DNA of 64,000 bases, taken from positions 93,862,682 through 93,926,681 of the forward strand of contig JASCQW010000072.1 of the NCBI GenBank assembly GCA_030264375.1. The letters are read 5' to 3'. The DNA is from Carcharhinus longimanus. Its lineage: Eukaryota. Below, one piece after another: positions 61,535 through 64,000 of this stretch. The translations under genes were made by a program, and so were the position numbers. Below the pieces are notes generated by a model. It had not been told where the DNA came from. It was given only the letters and a program-made list of their open reading frames with translations, and made no database searches. Each line of letters opens with the position of its first letter. Position 1 is the first letter of the stretch.

Positions 61535-62330
61535 TTTGATTTGATTTATTATTGTCACATGTATAACAGACAGTGGAAAGTATTGTTTCTTGCATGCTAT
61601 ACAGACAAAACACACTGTTTGTCGAAAGGAAACAAGAGAGTACAGAATGTACTGTTACAGTCATAGCTAGGGTGTAGAGAAAGATCAAATTAATGCAAGG
61701 TAAATCCATTCAAAAGTCTGACAGCAGCAGGGAGGAAGCTGTTATTGAGTTGGTTGGTACATGACCTCAAACTTTTGTATCTTTTTCCCAAAGGAAGAAG
61801 GTGGAAGNNNNNNNNNNNNNNNNNNNNNNNNNNNNNNNNNNNNNNNNNNNNNNNNNNNNNNNNNNNNNNNNNNNNNNNNNNNNNNNNNNNNNNNNNNNNN
61901 NNNNNNNATTCAAAAGTCTGACAGCAGCAGTGAGGAAGCTGTTCTTGAGTTGGTTGGTACATGACCTCAAACTTTTGTATCTTTTTCCCAAAGGAAGAAG
62001 GTGGAAGGAAGAACATCCGGGGTGCATTGGGTCCTTAATTATGTTGGCTGCTTTGCTGAGGCAGTCAGAAGTGTGCACATGTTCAATGCTTGGGAAGCTG
62101 GTTTGTGTGATGGATTGGGCTACATTCACAACCTTTAGTAGTTCTTTGCAGTCTTGGGCAGAGCAGGAGCCATACCAAGCTGTGAAACAACCAGAAAGAA
62201 TGCTTTCTATCGTGCATCTGTAAAAGTTGGTGAAGTCATAGCTGACATGCCGAATTTCCTTCATCTTCTGAGAAAGTAGAGGCGTTGGTGGGCTTTCTTA
62301 ACTTAGCATCGGCATGGGGGACCAGGACAG
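61535..62330 (-). mobile_element. Rex1/Babar-type LINE 3' end (contains an N gap with a duplicated flank)
   Basis: ORF 61767..62264, FTNFYRCTIESILSGCFTAWYGSCSAQD...IIKDPMHP...LLPLGKRYKSL...NSFL.AAVRLLN, is typical of the Rex1/Babar C-terminus. Confidence 0.85.
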
Positions 62331-63422
62331 GACAATAGATTAATGTGAGAAGGAAGAAATAGTTACAGAGAAGGAAAATTTCAACACAACGTCCTCACAG
62401 TATAATGGCATGATAGTTGACGTTTTGCAGTAAACATGCATTTATTTCTGTTGACATTAACTGGGGAAAACCTGCTCCTGGTATGTGAAATATTTACTAG
62501 CACTTCATTTTAATTTAAATAAATATATATTTAATTGTGTTTTTGTCTAACTCTGATCACATAGTTGAAAGCAATTAGAGGAAATAGATCAAGTGCGCAC
62601 GTGACCAGTGTGATTCAACAACTCTGCCATTGACCCATGACTCCAATAGGTTATGTTGGTGAAGTGGAAATGTTTTCACATTGTCACTGATCCTGCACTT
62701 GTGTCCAATGCAGGTAATGAAATAATAAGGCATTACGAAATGTTGTGCTCAAGAGTTAAAAGTCAATAATGAAAGCGACAATTAATACGGTGCTTCAAAA
62801 AATCGTTTAGATTTTCTGCCCGTTTAATAAGACCTTGCATTGAATTAATTATTGGTGCTCGAGTAGGGATAGGTAGGTTTCTTTTGCATTGTGTGACCAG
62901 GAGTTTGCACCCTCCCTCTCATGTCAACACCCCCTTCAAAATCAACAATTAACCTCTCTGTCAAGAATTCCCCATTGATTGTTTTAAGCTATTCTTGAAC
63001 CCACTGAGGGTATTCTGAGAACTCTGTAACGTGCAAAAGCAAGTTCCACCAGTGCTGTTAGAAAATGGGTTTACCAATTTGTGAAATGAAACTGAAGTTT
63101 GCATTTCCACAACGCATCTTTGCAGAAGTTATGCTTGGAGCATACCCTGTGAGTTGCAAATTACACACAAAGAGACGGAAGTTCCATCAGTATTTGGTGT
63201 AAGTGTGGCGTTTGTGGCAGAGAATAAGCGCAATTGCTTTACTCCTCTCAATGTTCAGCTGGAGAGAATTGTGGCTGGATGCTGGGCAGTCCCAGTGCAG
63301 TGGAGGAGTTCTGGGGGCAGTGCTGGAGGGAACAAGTGGGAGCGGTGGAGAATGAAATGTGGCCAAAAGGTAAAAATGAATATGATCTTGTGAAAGCTGG
63401 TCTCTATGTTGGCAGACTCTAT

Positions 63423-64000
63423 GGGTAGAATTCTCCCAACCCACCCACAATGGATTTGGTGGCGGGTGGGTGTGCAGAATCTCGCGAGAGCCAAAAAATT
63501 GGAAGCCTGCCGGTGTAAAATTACATTGCAATTCTCCCAGTGGTGGGTAAATGGCAGATTACTCTGCCCCATAGTAGATGGCACAAATGCTATTTGTATG
63601 TCAGGAATGCTCATTAAAGCCACCACCTGCCAGTGTCCAGTCAGGCCTCCCAATTTTACATCACACCAGCAGAAAATCACATCAGCATCAAACCCGATTG
63701 CTAAGCAGTGATGTTCATAAGGTGGTCCCCAGTTTGCCAGAGACTTTGAGGCGTGTGCAACAAAGCCTTTCTGCCACAGTGCTGCGCTGCTTCTGGTGCA
63801 CTGCACACCACTCTGCCGGGACTGACCGGTTTCTGTCCTCCATCTCCACACCGAGCTGGTCTTCATGGAAAGCATCGTGCTGCTGAACCCATGGGCTCTT
63901 CTGTGTCATGGTCTCTGTTCAGTACTGTGCCCGAGGTTCGGGAGTACAGAGGTCTCATTCCATCCCACCCCCCCCCCGCCCTCTCATGCCTGATGAGGAT
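63423..64000. mobile_element. GC-rich element beginning gggtagaattctccc, probably a PIF/Harbinger-related transposon running off the window end
   Basis: The terminus resembles the MITE ends elsewhere in the window (gggN.gaattttcc), and GC content rises abruptly. Overlapping ORFs have no recognisable product. Confidence 0.45.

Noticed and set aside
61708-62007. ~100-bp direct duplication either side of an N run
   Set aside because: Near-identical sequence flanking a ~100-N gap is typical of unmerged contig overlap or haplotypes. The same pattern occurs at 36198-36340 and 58672-58809. Assembly artefact.
63255-63909. 206-aa and overlapping ORFs near the window end as a further SOX6 exon or new gene
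   Set aside because: No resemblance to the expected upstream SOX6 exon (…KAIQEARKMREQ…), which I could not find in 46023-64000. The ORFs lie in a GC-rich transposon-like segment with no recognisable domain.

Overview
Eukaryotic genomic DNA, inferred to be from a cartilaginous fish (shark) on the basis of its SINE/LINE repertoire, from a gapped draft assembly. The only supportable gene is the 3' end of SOX6 on the minus strand. Four coding exons are present: 46022-45914 (absent from the ORF track), 30838-30605 and 19772-19556 (together the HMG box), and 17242-16939. All splice in phase with GT-AG boundaries. They are followed by a ~6.5 kb transposon-free 3' UTR ending near an ATTAAA at 10446-10451. 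The rest is intron or intergenic DNA holding tRNA-derived SINEs, CR1/L2/Rex1-type LINE fragments, MITEs and Penelope-like fold-back elements. Almost all other listed ORFs are spurious or transposon-derived. The most notable observations are: (1) short fold-back retroposons with 11-13 bp target-site duplications and hammerhead-ribozyme-like cores; (2) a dense miR-499/miR-219/miR-96 site cluster in the UTR, one site with extended 3' pairing; (3) an in-frame internal splice acceptor that toggles a 20-aa peptide before the HMG box; (4) tail-swapped SINE subfamilies; (5) a decayed ~37-bp minisatellite. I found no prokaryotic-type system (CRISPR, operon). Repeat coordinates are read by eye and approximate, and family names come from recall rather than a database search.
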